The notes under the pieces were generated by a model. That model was not told where the DNA came from. It saw nothing but the letters and a program-made list of their open reading frames with translations, and made no database searches. A program made the translations under genes and the position numbers. A stretch of DNA of 64,000 nt, from assembly GCA_963763775.1 (NCBI GenBank), contig CAVXPZ010000001.1, positions 704,001-768,000 of the forward strand, read 5' to 3'. This document shows positions 9,166 through 18,154 of this stretch, in pieces; the stretch's first letter is position 1; each line of letters begins with the position of its first letter. The DNA comes from an uncultured Chloroflexia bacterium. GTDB taxonomy: Bacteria > Chloroflexota > Limnocylindria > Limnocylindrales > CSP1-4.

Positions 9166-11073
9166 TCAGGCCGGCTGCGGGTTCACGTCCGGGATCGGCT
9201 GGCCCGGGGCCACGATCACCGATGGGGCCTGGCGGAGCTCCTTCGGCGGCAGGTCGCTGAAGAGGCTCTCGAAGCCCTCCGCATCGACCGTCTCCTCGGC
9301 CACCAGCTTCTCGGCCAGGGCCACGAGCTTGTCCTTGTGCTGGACCAGCACGTCGGTCGCCCGCTCGTAGGCCTTGTCGATGATCGCGCGGACCTCTTCG
9401 TCGATGGTCCTGGCGACCTCGTCGCTGTAGTCGCGCTGCTCGCCCATGGAGCGGCCCAGGAAGACCATCTCGTCGCGCTTCCCGAAGGAGAGCGGGCCGA
9501 GCTTGTCGCTCATCCCGAACTCGGTGACCATCCGGCGGGCCAGGTCCGTGGCCTTCTCGATGTCGTTGCTGGCACCGGTCGTGGTATCGCCGAAGATCAG
9601 CTTCTCGGCGACGTTGCCGCCGAGCAGGCCCGCGATCTTGTCCTCGAACTCGGTCTTGGACTGGAGGTAGCGATCCTCCTGCGGGAGCGCCATCGTGTAG
9701 CCGAGGGCCATGCCGCGGCTGATGATCGTGACCTTGGCGACCGGGTCGCACTTGGGCAGGATCCGCTGGACGACCGCGTGGCCGCCCTCGTGGTAGGCGA
9801 TGATCGCCTTCTCGGCGTCCGAGATGAGGCGCGACTTGCGCTCCGGTCCCGCGACGATCCGCTCCAGGGCTTCCTGGAACTCGGACATCCCGATGACCTT
9901 CTTGTTGCGGCGAGCCGAGAGGATCGCCGCCTCGTTGACGAGGTTGGCGAGATCCGCGCCGGAGAAGCCCGGCGACTGGCGCGCGACGCCTTCGACGTCG
10001 ACGCCCTTGTCGAGCGGCTTGCCCTTGGTGTGGACGCGAAGGATCTCGGTCCGGCCGCGCATGTCCGGGCGGTCGAGGATGACCTGGCGGTCGAAGCGGC
10101 CGGGCCGCAGGAGCGCCGGGTCGAGGACGTCGGGGCGGTTGGTGGCCGCCACCACGATCACGTTCGTGTTCGTGTCGAAGCCGTCCATCTCGACGAGGAT
10201 CTGGTTGAGGGTCTGCTCGCGCTCGTCGTGCGAGCCGCCAAGGCCGGCGCCGCGCTGGCGGCCGACCGCGTCGATCTCGTCGACGAAGACGATGCACGGC
10301 GAGTTGCGCTTGGCCTGGTCGAAGAGGTCGCGGACGCGGCTCGCGCCGACGCCGACGAACATCTCGACGAACTCCGAGCCGGAGATGCTGAAGAACGGCA
10401 CGCCGGCCTCACCCGCGACGGCGCGGGCCATCAGCGTCTTGCCGGTGCCGGGAGGCCCGACCAGGAGCACGCCGCGCGGGATGCGCGCGCCGAGCGAGTT
10501 GAACTTCTCCGGGTACTTGAGGAACTCGACGACTTCCTGGAGCTCCGTCTTGGCCTCGTCGACGCCGGCCACGTCGTTGAAGGTGACGACCGTCTTGTTG
10601 CCGAGGAACATCCGGGCGCGACTCTTCCCGAAGCTGAGGGCCTGGTTGTTCGTGCCCTGGGCCTGGCGCATCATGAAGAAGATGAAGCCGCCGATCACGA
10701 GGAGCGGCAGGAGGCCCGTCAGGAGGAGCCCGAGCCACGAGGTGTCGGGCGTCGGGGTGGCGCGGTAGACACCGCTCGGGAGGGTCTGACCACCGGACTT
10801 GGCGGCGGCCTGCATGTCGTCGGGATAGACCTTGGTCAGGACGCTGGTCGGGACGATGACCGTGTACACGGGGCCATCGTTGGGCGTCACCGTCAGCGTC
10901 TCGCCCTCCTGGACGACGGTCTTGACGTGGCCCGCGGCGACGTTACTCAGGAAGTCCGAGTAGCCGGTGGGGGTGGCTGGCGAGCTGGCATTGATCCACG
11001 TGAACAGCAGGGCGGCCGTGCCAAGGACGAGCACGATCATCACGATGCCGTTGCGGAAGAACTTGGGGTTCAA
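9166..11073 (-). CDS. ftsH: ATP-dependent zinc metalloprotease FtsH
   Basis: Two TMs, [43 protein letters not shown]; TTG start 11073 with GGAGG RBS. Confidence 0.97.
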   Translation of the reverse strand: MNPKFFRNGIVMIVLVLGTAALLFTWINASSPATPTGYSDFLSNVAAGHVKTVVQEGETLTVTPNDGPVYTVIVPTSVLTKVYPDDMQAAAKSGGQTLPSGVYRATPTPDTSWLGLLLTGLLPLLVIGGFIFFMMRQAQGTNNQALSFGKSRARMFLGNKTVVTFNDVAGVDEAKTELQEVVEFLKYPEKFNSLGARIPRGVLLVGPPGTGKTLMARAVAGEAGVPFFSISGSEFVEMFVGVGASRVRDLFDQAKRNSPCIVFVDEIDAVGRQRGAGLGGSHDEREQTLNQILVEMDGFDTNTNVIVVAATNRPDVLDPALLRPGRFDRQVILDRPDMRGRTEILRVHTKGKPLDKGVDVEGVARQSPGFSGADLANLVNEAAILSARRNKKVIGMSEFQEALERIVAGPERKSRLISDAEKAIIAYHEGGHAVVQRILPKCDPVAKVTIISRGMALGYTMALPQEDRYLQSKTEFEDKIAGLLGGNVAEKLIFGDTTTGASNDIEKATDLARRMVTEFGMSDKLGPLSFGKRDEMVFLGRSMGEQRDYSDEVARTIDEEVRAIIDKAYERATDVLVQHKDKLVALAEKLVAEETVDAEGFESLFSDLPPKELRQAPSVIVAPGQPIPDVNPQPA

Positions 11074-11304
11074 CGAGGGAGCCTCCGGGGTATGACGGCG
11101 CCGATGCACCGCCGTGTCGCGAGTATAGCGCCGGGAACCGTGACCACCCTATGACGGATGTCCTGGTCCCTTCATCTCCTTCGGACGCTGCCGAAGCGCG
11201 GATGGTGGCGTGACCGGACACTAAGGAATCACAACGACCTCGGTCCGCCCACTGATCAGACCGAAGAGCCCGATGACCGCCTGGGAGTCGGTCCGTGCTC
11301 CGAT

Positions 11305-11772
11305 CTACCGGTCGTCTGGACCCCGTGCCGCCATCGCCGCCTCGATCGCGGCCAGTCTGGCGATCACGTCTTCGAGCTGCCCGTGGATGGCTTGTGCCGA
11401 GTCGCGCTCCTGGGCATCGTCGGCGGCGCGACGTCGACGTTGGGCCGCCTCGACGAACGTGGACGTGATGGCGGCGGTCAGGATCGCGATGAGCGCCACG
11501 GCGACGACCATCACGGCCGCTCCGACGAGTCGCCCGAGCCCTGCGGTCGGCACCTTGTCGCCGTAGCCGACGGTCGTGACGGTCTGGAGCGCGTACCAGA
11601 CGGCGTCACCAAGGTCCGGGAAGTCCTGATGGTCGAAGACCCAGATGACGACCCCGCCGACCAGCACGATCCCGACGGTGATGGCGATCATCACGTAGGC
11701 GGCATTCCTGACGGACGCCGGATCCGACGTGAACCTGTCCATCGCGTGCTGGATCGGGGTTCGCCGTTTCAT
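11305..11772 (-). CDS. KcsA-like two-TM potassium channel
   Basis: TVTTVGYGD filter between two TMs, C-terminal helical bundle. Confidence 0.88.
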   Translation of the reverse strand: MKRRTPIQHAMDRFTSDPASVRNAAYVMIAITVGIVLVGGVVIWVFDHQDFPDLGDAVWYALQTVTTVGYGDKVPTAGLGRLVGAAVMVVAVALIAILTAAITSTFVEAAQRRRRAADDAQERDSAQAIHGQLEDVIARLAAIEAAMAARGPDDR

Positions 11773-12002
11773 GCTCCGCAGCCTAGCGCGCGGCGCAAGG
11801 GTGTCTCGGCGAACGCCGACCGGTGGATCGGACCGCTATGCTGCCTGTCGTTCACCGTCCGTCGAGGCGGTCATGGCAGCGAAAGCCTCTTCGTCGTCGC
11901 GACGCGAGGGCGGCCCACCGAGGGGGATGAACGGCCGATGTCCCGATCGCATCATCGCCTGGACCGACGGCGCGGGCGCCGGGATGTAGCCGTGAGCGGG
12001 TC

Positions 12003-13598
12003 ATGACCGCAGCCGCGCCGGCCGCCGCGGGCCAGGGGTCGACCGACCGACGGCTCCCGATCCTCCTGGCGATGGCCATGTTCGTGCTCGTCGTGGATAC
12101 GTCGATCATGAACGTGTCGATCTCGGCGGTCGTCACGGATCTCGGGACGACCGTCAGCGCGATCCAGTCCGCCATCGCGCTGGAAGCCCTGGTCTCGGCC
12201 GCGTTCATCCTCATCGGCAGCAAGATCGGCGACCTGTTCGGGCGCAAGCGGGCGTATGTGCTGGGCCTGATCGCGTACGCGATCGGTGCCATCGCGATGG
12301 CCCTGGCACAGAGCGTGACCGCGATCATCATCTTCTGGGCCGTCATCGGCGGCCTCGGCGCATCGCTGCTGCTCCCCGCCATGCAATCGCTCATCCACGG
12401 CAACTTCGAGGGCGCCGCGCAGAAGAAGACGTATGCGCTGGTCGGCGCCGCGGCGGCGATCGCCGCCGCGATCGGACCGCTGATCGGCGGCTTCATCACG
12501 ACCTTCCTGTCCTACCGCGTGGCCTTCCTGCTCGAGGCCGGCGTCATCGCGATCGTCCTTGTCGGCAGCCGACTCGTCCGCGACGTGCCATACACCGGTC
12601 CTCGAGACGTCGACATCGTCGGCTCGGTCCTCTCGGTCCTCGGCATGGGCGGCCTCGTGCTGGGCATCCTCGCGTGGCAGGAGGGCGGCGAAGCGGTGCT
12701 CCTGCTCCTGGCCATCGGCGCGATCTCGCTCGTCGCCCTGGCCTCATGGCTGGTGCGTCGCAAGCGGGCGGCGAAGCCGACCCTGATCGATCCCGATCTG
12801 TTCATCTCCCGGCTGTTCCGGCTGGGGATCTCCGGGCAGATGCTCCAGAACATCGCGCTGGGCGGCGCCATGATCACGATCCCGATCTACCTGCAGATGG
12901 TCCTCGAGTACAACGCCCTGCAGGCTGGCCTGTCGCTGGCGCCACTCTCGCTCAGCATGTTCGGGGCGGCGATCCTCGCCGGCAAGCGCAGTGGCAACCG
13001 GCGGCCGAGCAGCATCATCCGGGCTGGCTTCGGTCTGCTCTTGATCGGCATGCTGCTGTTGATCCCGATCATCCCGCGCGCGGATGCGGGTTGGTACCTG
13101 GCGATCCCGCTCGCGATCGCTGGCGTCGGCCTCGGCCTCCTGGTGTCCCAGCTGAACAACTACACGCTGGCGCCGGTCGTCGAGGAGCGCGTGAGCGAAG
13201 CCGCCGGCGTGAACTCGGCCGCCGGGTCGTTCGGTCTGTCCTTCGGCCTGGCGTTCGCCGGCGCCATCATGCTGGCGACCCTGGCCTTCAGCTTCACGAA
13301 CCTGGCGGAATCGAGCGTGGTCCTCGATCCGGCGCAGCAGCAGGCCGTCGCCGATGGGCTCGAACACGACGCGCAGGTCATGACCAACACGGACCTCGAA
13401 CTGCTGCTGGTCGATCAGCCTCCGGCGGTCCAGGCCGAGATGATCCGGATCAACACCGAAGCCCGACCCTTCGCGCTGCAGGTGGCGCTCCTGATCCCGA
13501 TCCTGGCGAGCCTGCTCGGGCTGCTGGACTCGCTCCGGATGATGCGTCAGCCGGATCCGGTCTCATCGGGCGCGGCCGAGGGGCTCGCCCTGGCCTGA
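12003..13598 (+). CDS. MFS transporter (DHA2/EmrB-like, about 14 TM)
   Basis: DTSIMNVS, KIGDLFGRKR motif A, GPLIGG. Confidence 0.9.
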   Translation: MTAAAPAAAGQGSTDRRLPILLAMAMFVLVVDTSIMNVSISAVVTDLGTTVSAIQSAIALEALVSAAFILIGSKIGDLFGRKRAYVLGLIAYAIGAIAMALAQSVTAIIIFWAVIGGLGASLLLPAMQSLIHGNFEGAAQKKTYALVGAAAAIAAAIGPLIGGFITTFLSYRVAFLLEAGVIAIVLVGSRLVRDVPYTGPRDVDIVGSVLSVLGMGGLVLGILAWQEGGEAVLLLLAIGAISLVALASWLVRRKRAAKPTLIDPDLFISRLFRLGISGQMLQNIALGGAMITIPIYLQMVLEYNALQAGLSLAPLSLSMFGAAILAGKRSGNRRPSSIIRAGFGLLLIGMLLLIPIIPRADAGWYLAIPLAIAGVGLGLLVSQLNNYTLAPVVEERVSEAAGVNSAAGSFGLSFGLAFAGAIMLATLAFSFTNLAESSVVLDPAQQQAVADGLEHDAQVMTNTDLELLLVDQPPAVQAEMIRINTEARPFALQVALLIPILASLLGLLDSLRMMRQPDPVSSGAAEGLALA

Positions 13599-13691
13599 AG
13601 AGCGGCTCGCGACGAGGTGCGTCTCGAGCCCGAGCCATTCGTTGCGACCCAGGGGGTCAATGTGGACGGTCCAGGACCACGCGACAAGGGC

Positions 13692-14147
13692 GTGACGCCA
13701 CGCGACACACGGGACATGTGGCCGGACGACGATGGCGGCACGGGCCAGGTGCTGGGCTGTTTCGCGATCGTCGGCGCGATCGTCGGCACCGTCATCGGCG
13801 GCGTGGTCGGCTTCGTGACCGACGACGCAGCTCTGAAGGCTGCCGATGACTGGCTGATCCTCGTTGCCGTCCCGGTCACGGCTTTCCTGCTCGGCATCGG
13901 CGCCGTCGCTGCGTGGGATGCCGCGGTGAAGCGGTTGACAAGGATCGGAAGCCGGATCCAGGACCTGCGTGAACCGGGGCAGGTGATGACCGCCATCCTG
14001 GCGCTGGCCGTGCCGGTCGCCGTGGCCATGTTCATGTTGCTCGTCATCCCGTCGTTGGCGGTCCCGGTCTGCGTGACGTTGCTCGCCTGCCTCTTCGTGG
14101 TCATCCAATGGGATCGCATCAAAGGGCTCTGGGACGTCGTGAAGTAG
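13692..14147 (+). CDS. hypothetical membrane protein (about 4 TM); start uncertain (13617/13692/13717)
   Basis: Hydrophobic ORF followed by a strong hairpin. Confidence 0.55.
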   Translation: MTPRDTRDMWPDDDGGTGQVLGCFAIVGAIVGTVIGGVVGFVTDDAALKAADDWLILVAVPVTAFLLGIGAVAAWDAAVKRLTRIGSRIQDLREPGQVMTAILALAVPVAVAMFMLLVIPSLAVPVCVTLLACLFVVIQWDRIKGLWDVVK

Positions 14148-14188
14148 GGCTGTCCCTTTCCTGACCCTGAGGGTCGGACACCAAGTAG

Positions 14189-14219
14189 AACGACCCGCCG
14201 GCCATGCCGGCGGGTCGTT
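14189..14219. terminator. bidirectional intrinsic terminator
   Basis: 14-bp stem aacgacccgccggc/gccggcgggtcgtt between the convergent CDS and tRNA 3' end. Confidence 0.8.
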
Positions 14220-14234
14220 TCGTGCTCGAAGGGT

Positions 14235-14309
14235 TGGTAGCGGAGGCAAGAGTCGAACTTGCGACCAAGGGCTTATGAGTCCCCTGCTCTACCACTGAGC
14301 TACTCCGCC
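14235..14309 (-). tRNA. tRNA with CAT anticodon (elongator Met or Ile2), CCA encoded
   Basis: GGCGGAG TA GCTC AGTGGTA GAGC A GGGGA CTCATAA GCCCT TGGTC GCAAG TTCGACT CTTGC CTCCGCT ACCA cloverleaf. Confidence 0.95.
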
Positions 14310-14409
14310 GCGACGGCGGATTCTAGCGTAGCCCGGGGTCGATTGCCACGAGACCGGACTCGCTCGGGGGACCACCGCTCGAGGCATCGCCGCTGCTAGC
14401 ATCGCCGCT

Positions 14410-16003
14410 GTGAGACGCCCGGGCCTGCCGCCGCTCATCGCCGGGCTGTTCGTCGATCCGCGCGCCCGCGACGCGTTGCTTGCCGGATCCGTGGCCCTCT
14501 TCGCCGCGGCATTGGATCCGCGTGTCCTCGGTCCGTCACTGCCGTCCGTGCAGGCCGCGGTCCGCGACCACCCGCAGCTCGAGACACTCGTCCTCTTCAG
14601 CGCGGTGGCGGCGTCCGCCCTTCTGCTGCTTGGCGGCGCGATCGGCGACTCGGCACGCGCCAGGCCGATCATCCTCGGCGGCCTGACCGTCGAGCTCATC
14701 GCGGCCGTTGTCAGCGTCCTCGTCCCGGACGGCCCGGTCTTCGTGGCCGCGCGGTTCCTCGGCCATGCCGGGTCAGCCTTCGTCATCCCGGTCTCGATCG
14801 CCCTCGTCGCGACGAGCTACGAGGGCGTGGCTCGGGCGACCGCGATCGGCATCGCCTATGGCGCGTACGGGGCCGCCGGGGCCGCCGCGCCGATCCTCCT
14901 GCAGGTCCTCCCCGACCAGCGATGGCCGGGGTTCCTGGCCGCGATCGCGGCCTGTGCGGTCGCCATCTGGGTGGCGCGCAGCCCGCGTGACGTCGCTCGC
15001 GAAGCCGACGACGGCCGAGCGACCGTACGTCATCGGGACGGCGATCTGGGCCTTCGGCATCATCACGCTCACGGTCGGCCTGACGTGGATCGGCGGCGGC
15101 ATCGACAACCCGTTCCGCTGGTCGCTCATCCTCGGCGGCATCGTGATCCTCGGGCTTGCGCTCGCGAACGACCGACGACGACGCGCGCAGCCGACCGGCC
15201 CGGTAAGCATCGATCGTCGGCCGGTCGCGATCGCGATCGTCGTCGGCGTGGTGCTCGGCATCTCGCAGACGGCGGCCATGATGGAGCTGCCCCTCTACTT
15301 CCACCTTGTGCTGCGGTACGGCTCGGTGCTCGCGATGGTCGCGGTCGGACCGCTGTTCGCCGCGCTGATCCTGGCGGGGCCGATCGCGGGGATCCTCATC
15401 AGCCGCGTCTCGCCACGGTGGCTGGTGGGTGGGGGCGTGATCACGCTCGGCGTGGGGAACCTGATCCTCGGGCTGGTCACGACCGCCGGCGCGAGCTACC
15501 TGGCGTTCATCCTGCCGTGCCTGCTGGTCGGCGGCGGGTTCGTGGTCGCGACCACCGTTCGAACCGCGATCATCTTCGCCGCCGTCCCGCGGGGCCTGCC
15601 GGCCACCGCCGCCGCACTGAACGAGTCTTCCCTGTCGGTCGGGGCGCGCATCGGCATCGTGCTGGTGACCTCGGTCGTGACGGAAGTGGCGCTGGCCACC
15701 TACACGGCGTCGGTCGCCGGACTCCCGGCCGCCGACGCGGCCCAGGCGATCGCGAAGTTCCGCGACCTCCTGGTCGCCATCGGGACGCCCGACTTCAGCC
15801 AGGTCGCCTCGGCCGTGAACGCGGTCGACCTCCAGCCCTACGTCGCGGCGTATGCCGCCGGACTCCAGACCGTCTTCCTCGTCAGTGGCGCCGTCGCGAT
15901 CGCGGGCGGGCTGATCGCCCTCGTCGCCATCGGCCGTCGGGATCCGCTCACGACGGTCTACGACCACCATGACGAGCGGGTCCGCGTGCCGGCCGCGACC
16001 TGA
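14410..16003 (+). CDS. MFS transporter, frameshifted near 14980
   Basis: The 14410 frame (GAIGDSARAR motif A) continues in the 14708 frame (RVTSLAK...) if one base near 14980 is removed. Confidence 0.78.
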
Positions 16004-16026
16004 TCGCCATCGCCGCGGGACGCGAA

Positions 16027-16058
16027 GACGCCCCGGCGTCCGAGACGACCGGGGCGTC
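16027..16058. terminator. hairpin between convergent MFS and SHOCT genes
   Basis: gacgccccgg...ccggggcgtc stem. Confidence 0.6.
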
Positions 16059-16074
16059 GTGAGCGGAAGCGAAC

Positions 16075-16380
16075 CTAGATGCCGAGCGCCTTGGCCTTGG
16101 CCGCCGCGAACTCCTCATCGCTCAGGATGCCCTGGTTGTGGAGGTTCGCGAGGTTCTCGAGCTGGGCCGTCACCGGGTCGACCGCGGGAGCCGCTGGCGG
16201 CGGGGCCGCGTAGACGACCTGCGGCTCGGGGGCCGGCGCAGCCGCGGCGGCCTGGGCTTGGGCCTGGGCGTCCTGGTTCGCGTACTTCTGCTGCTGATGG
16301 TGACTGACGGCTCCAGCCGTCCCGGCCACGACGGCGGTCGTGGCAGCCATGCGGACGATCCCGCCTCGGCGTCGCATCAT
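16075..16380 (-). CDS. SHOCT domain protein
   Basis: TAVVAGTA N-terminus; C-terminal LENLANLHNQGILSDEEFAAAKAKAL. Confidence 0.88.
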   Translation of the reverse strand: MMRRRGGIVRMAATTAVVAGTAGAVSHHQQQKYANQDAQAQAQAAAAAPAPEPQVVYAAPPPAAPAVDPVTAQLENLANLHNQGILSDEEFAAAKAKALGI

Positions 16381-16422
16381 CGGATGGTTCTCCTTCTTGG
16401 TGTCGTTGGGACGAGGGTGAGG

Positions 16423-16848
16423 TCAGCCGACGGGGATGTCGGCCATCGCCTCTTCGACGAGCGCCGCCGGGATGCGGCCGTTGGCGATGAGGATCCCATC
16501 GGCATTCCGGAGCGAGGTCGCGAACCGCTCCGCCCAGACGTTCTCCCAGATCATCAGCGCGCACGAGCTGTTGTCGTCGAGCGCGTCGCCGATGTCCTCG
16601 ACGTCTTCCATGCCGAGCAGCTTCGTCCCCTCGATCCCCAGGACGGACAGCGCAGCGGCCTCCTCGGCGATCGCGTCGTTGAGCTCCACCGCGTCGACGT
16701 TGCCGGCGGCATCCTTGTGGATGATCACCAGGTCGAGGATCTTGATGGTCCCGGTATCCACGAGCTCCTGGAGTGCCGGGACGATCTGCCCGGAGAACTT
16801 GTTGCCCGGGAAGGCGATGGCGATGTATTCGACCGGTCCGATGGCCAC
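16423..16848 (-). CDS. DUF6325-family protein
   Basis: GPVEYIAIAFPGNKFSG..LVDTGTIKILDL..WENVWA; this family is typically adjacent to SHOCT genes. Confidence 0.8.
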   Translation of the reverse strand: MAIGPVEYIAIAFPGNKFSGQIVPALQELVDTGTIKILDLVIIHKDAAGNVDAVELNDAIAEEAAALSVLGIEGTKLLGMEDVEDIGDALDDNSSCALMIWENVWAERFATSLRNADGILIANGRIPAALVEEAMADIPVG

Positions 16849-16951
16849 GGGTGGACCTCCTATACGGCTTGCAGACCGTCAATGATGCCCGCTCGGGCCC
16901 CTCGCTGCATCATCCGATTCGCGGGACGGTCCAAGCCGATGGTTCGGCTCG

Positions 16952-17464
16952 CTAGCTGACCTCGCGCAGGCGGCCCGTCTCGACCTCGAAGATGAGGCCG
17001 TGGACCGGCACGGCCCGCAGCCACGGGTGCTCGCGGATGCGCGCCACCTGGGCCAGCAGGTTGGCCTCGAGATCGGGGAACGCCCCGAAGACCATCCCCG
17101 GTGCGGGGTCGTCGCCCGACGACGGCAGGAGCGCGCGCAGGGCGGCCTCGTCGGCGCCGTGGAGACCGCATCGCGTGTGCTCGATGACGATGACCTCGGT
17201 CGTGCCGAGGACCTGCTGGCTGACGACGAGCGACCGGATCACGTCGTCGGTCACGAGCCCACCGGCGTTCCGGATGATGTGTGCGTCGCCGGTCCGCAGG
17301 CCGAGGGTCTCCTCGACGTCGAGCCGGGCATCCATGCACGCGACGATGGTCAGCCCGCGCAGCGGCGCCGCCGTCAGCGCCGACCGGTCGAACGCCTCCG
17401 TGTAGCGCGCATTCTCCGAGAGGAGGCGGGCGTACTCGGGGCTCCGGGTCTCGGGGCGGTCCAT
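16952..17464 (-). CDS. beta-class carbonic anhydrase
   Basis: CMDAR, RNAGG and HTRCG zinc ligands. Confidence 0.92.
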   Translation of the reverse strand: MDRPETRSPEYARLLSENARYTEAFDRSALTAAPLRGLTIVACMDARLDVEETLGLRTGDAHIIRNAGGLVTDDVIRSLVVSQQVLGTTEVIVIEHTRCGLHGADEAALRALLPSSGDDPAPGMVFGAFPDLEANLLAQVARIREHPWLRAVPVHGLIFEVETGRLREVS

Positions 17465-17502
17465 GGTGGGGCGGGGCTCGATCCGGTCCGGCGGCGGCAG
17501 GG

Positions 17503-18021
17503 TCAGTCGCCCGGGCCGAACAGGAGGCTCAGCCAGCGATCCAGGGGACTCACCTGGGCGGCCTTCGCACCAAGCCGGACACTCGCCGAACCGGGAGCGT
17601 CGGCGGGCAGCGGCGGCGCGTCCTCGGCCAGCGTGAAGGCGATCTCTTTCGACGTCCCGAGCCCGTGCGCTCGCGCTTCCAGCTCGATGTACTGCTCGCG
17701 CTTGATGAGGTCGAGCTCGCGGGAGAGCCCGGTGACGACCTTCGAGAGCGCGGAGTTGTCGACGCCCATCTGCTCGACGCGAGCGGCCGCCGCCGACGCC
17801 TCACCGACCTGGCGGGCGAACACGACCACGATCCACACGGCCAGCAATGCGCCGATGATCCCGGCGAGCCGGCGACGGGTCAGCCCGGCGATGGGCAGGC
17901 TCGAGAGGTCGGGCAGCTCACGAGCGACGTCGGCCGTGGTCCGTCGGTCGCTCGGCGCCTCGGGGACTGCGGCGGGATCGCGCTCGTCGTCGGGCGGCGT
18001 TGAAGCGTGCCGGCGAACCAT
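17503..18021 (-). CDS. FtsB/DivIC-like septum formation initiator
   Basis: Single TM, coiled coil, YIELEARAHGL..KEIAF signature. Confidence 0.65.
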   Translation of the reverse strand: MVRRHASTPPDDERDPAAVPEAPSDRRTTADVARELPDLSSLPIAGLTRRRLAGIIGALLAVWIVVVFARQVGEASAAAARVEQMGVDNSALSKVVTGLSRELDLIKREQYIELEARAHGLGTSKEIAFTLAEDAPPLPADAPGSASVRLGAKAAQVSPLDRWLSLLFGPGD

Positions 18022-18109
18022 CCGAGCGAGGGTAGCTAAGCGGTAGCTGCCGTGTCAACCCTCGCAACCGTGACAACCGAGCTGTCACGCCGGTGGTCGA
18101 CCGTGCTGC

Positions 18110-18139
18110 TACACTCCCGCCTTTCGAACATCCGTGCTA
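18110..18139 (+). promoter_or_regulatory. -10 box (TACACT) followed by a candidate LexA box
   Basis: TACACT at 18110-18115, then cGAAC-atcc-GTGCt at 18125-18138, one mismatch from GAAC-N4-GTTC. Confidence 0.5.
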
Positions 18140-18154
18140 TTCGAGGTCGCCAGC

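Noticed and set aside
11195-11225. Possible att duplication of the tRNA 3' end (tggtggcg)
   Set aside because: Only about 7 of 8 nt match, which is expected by chance.
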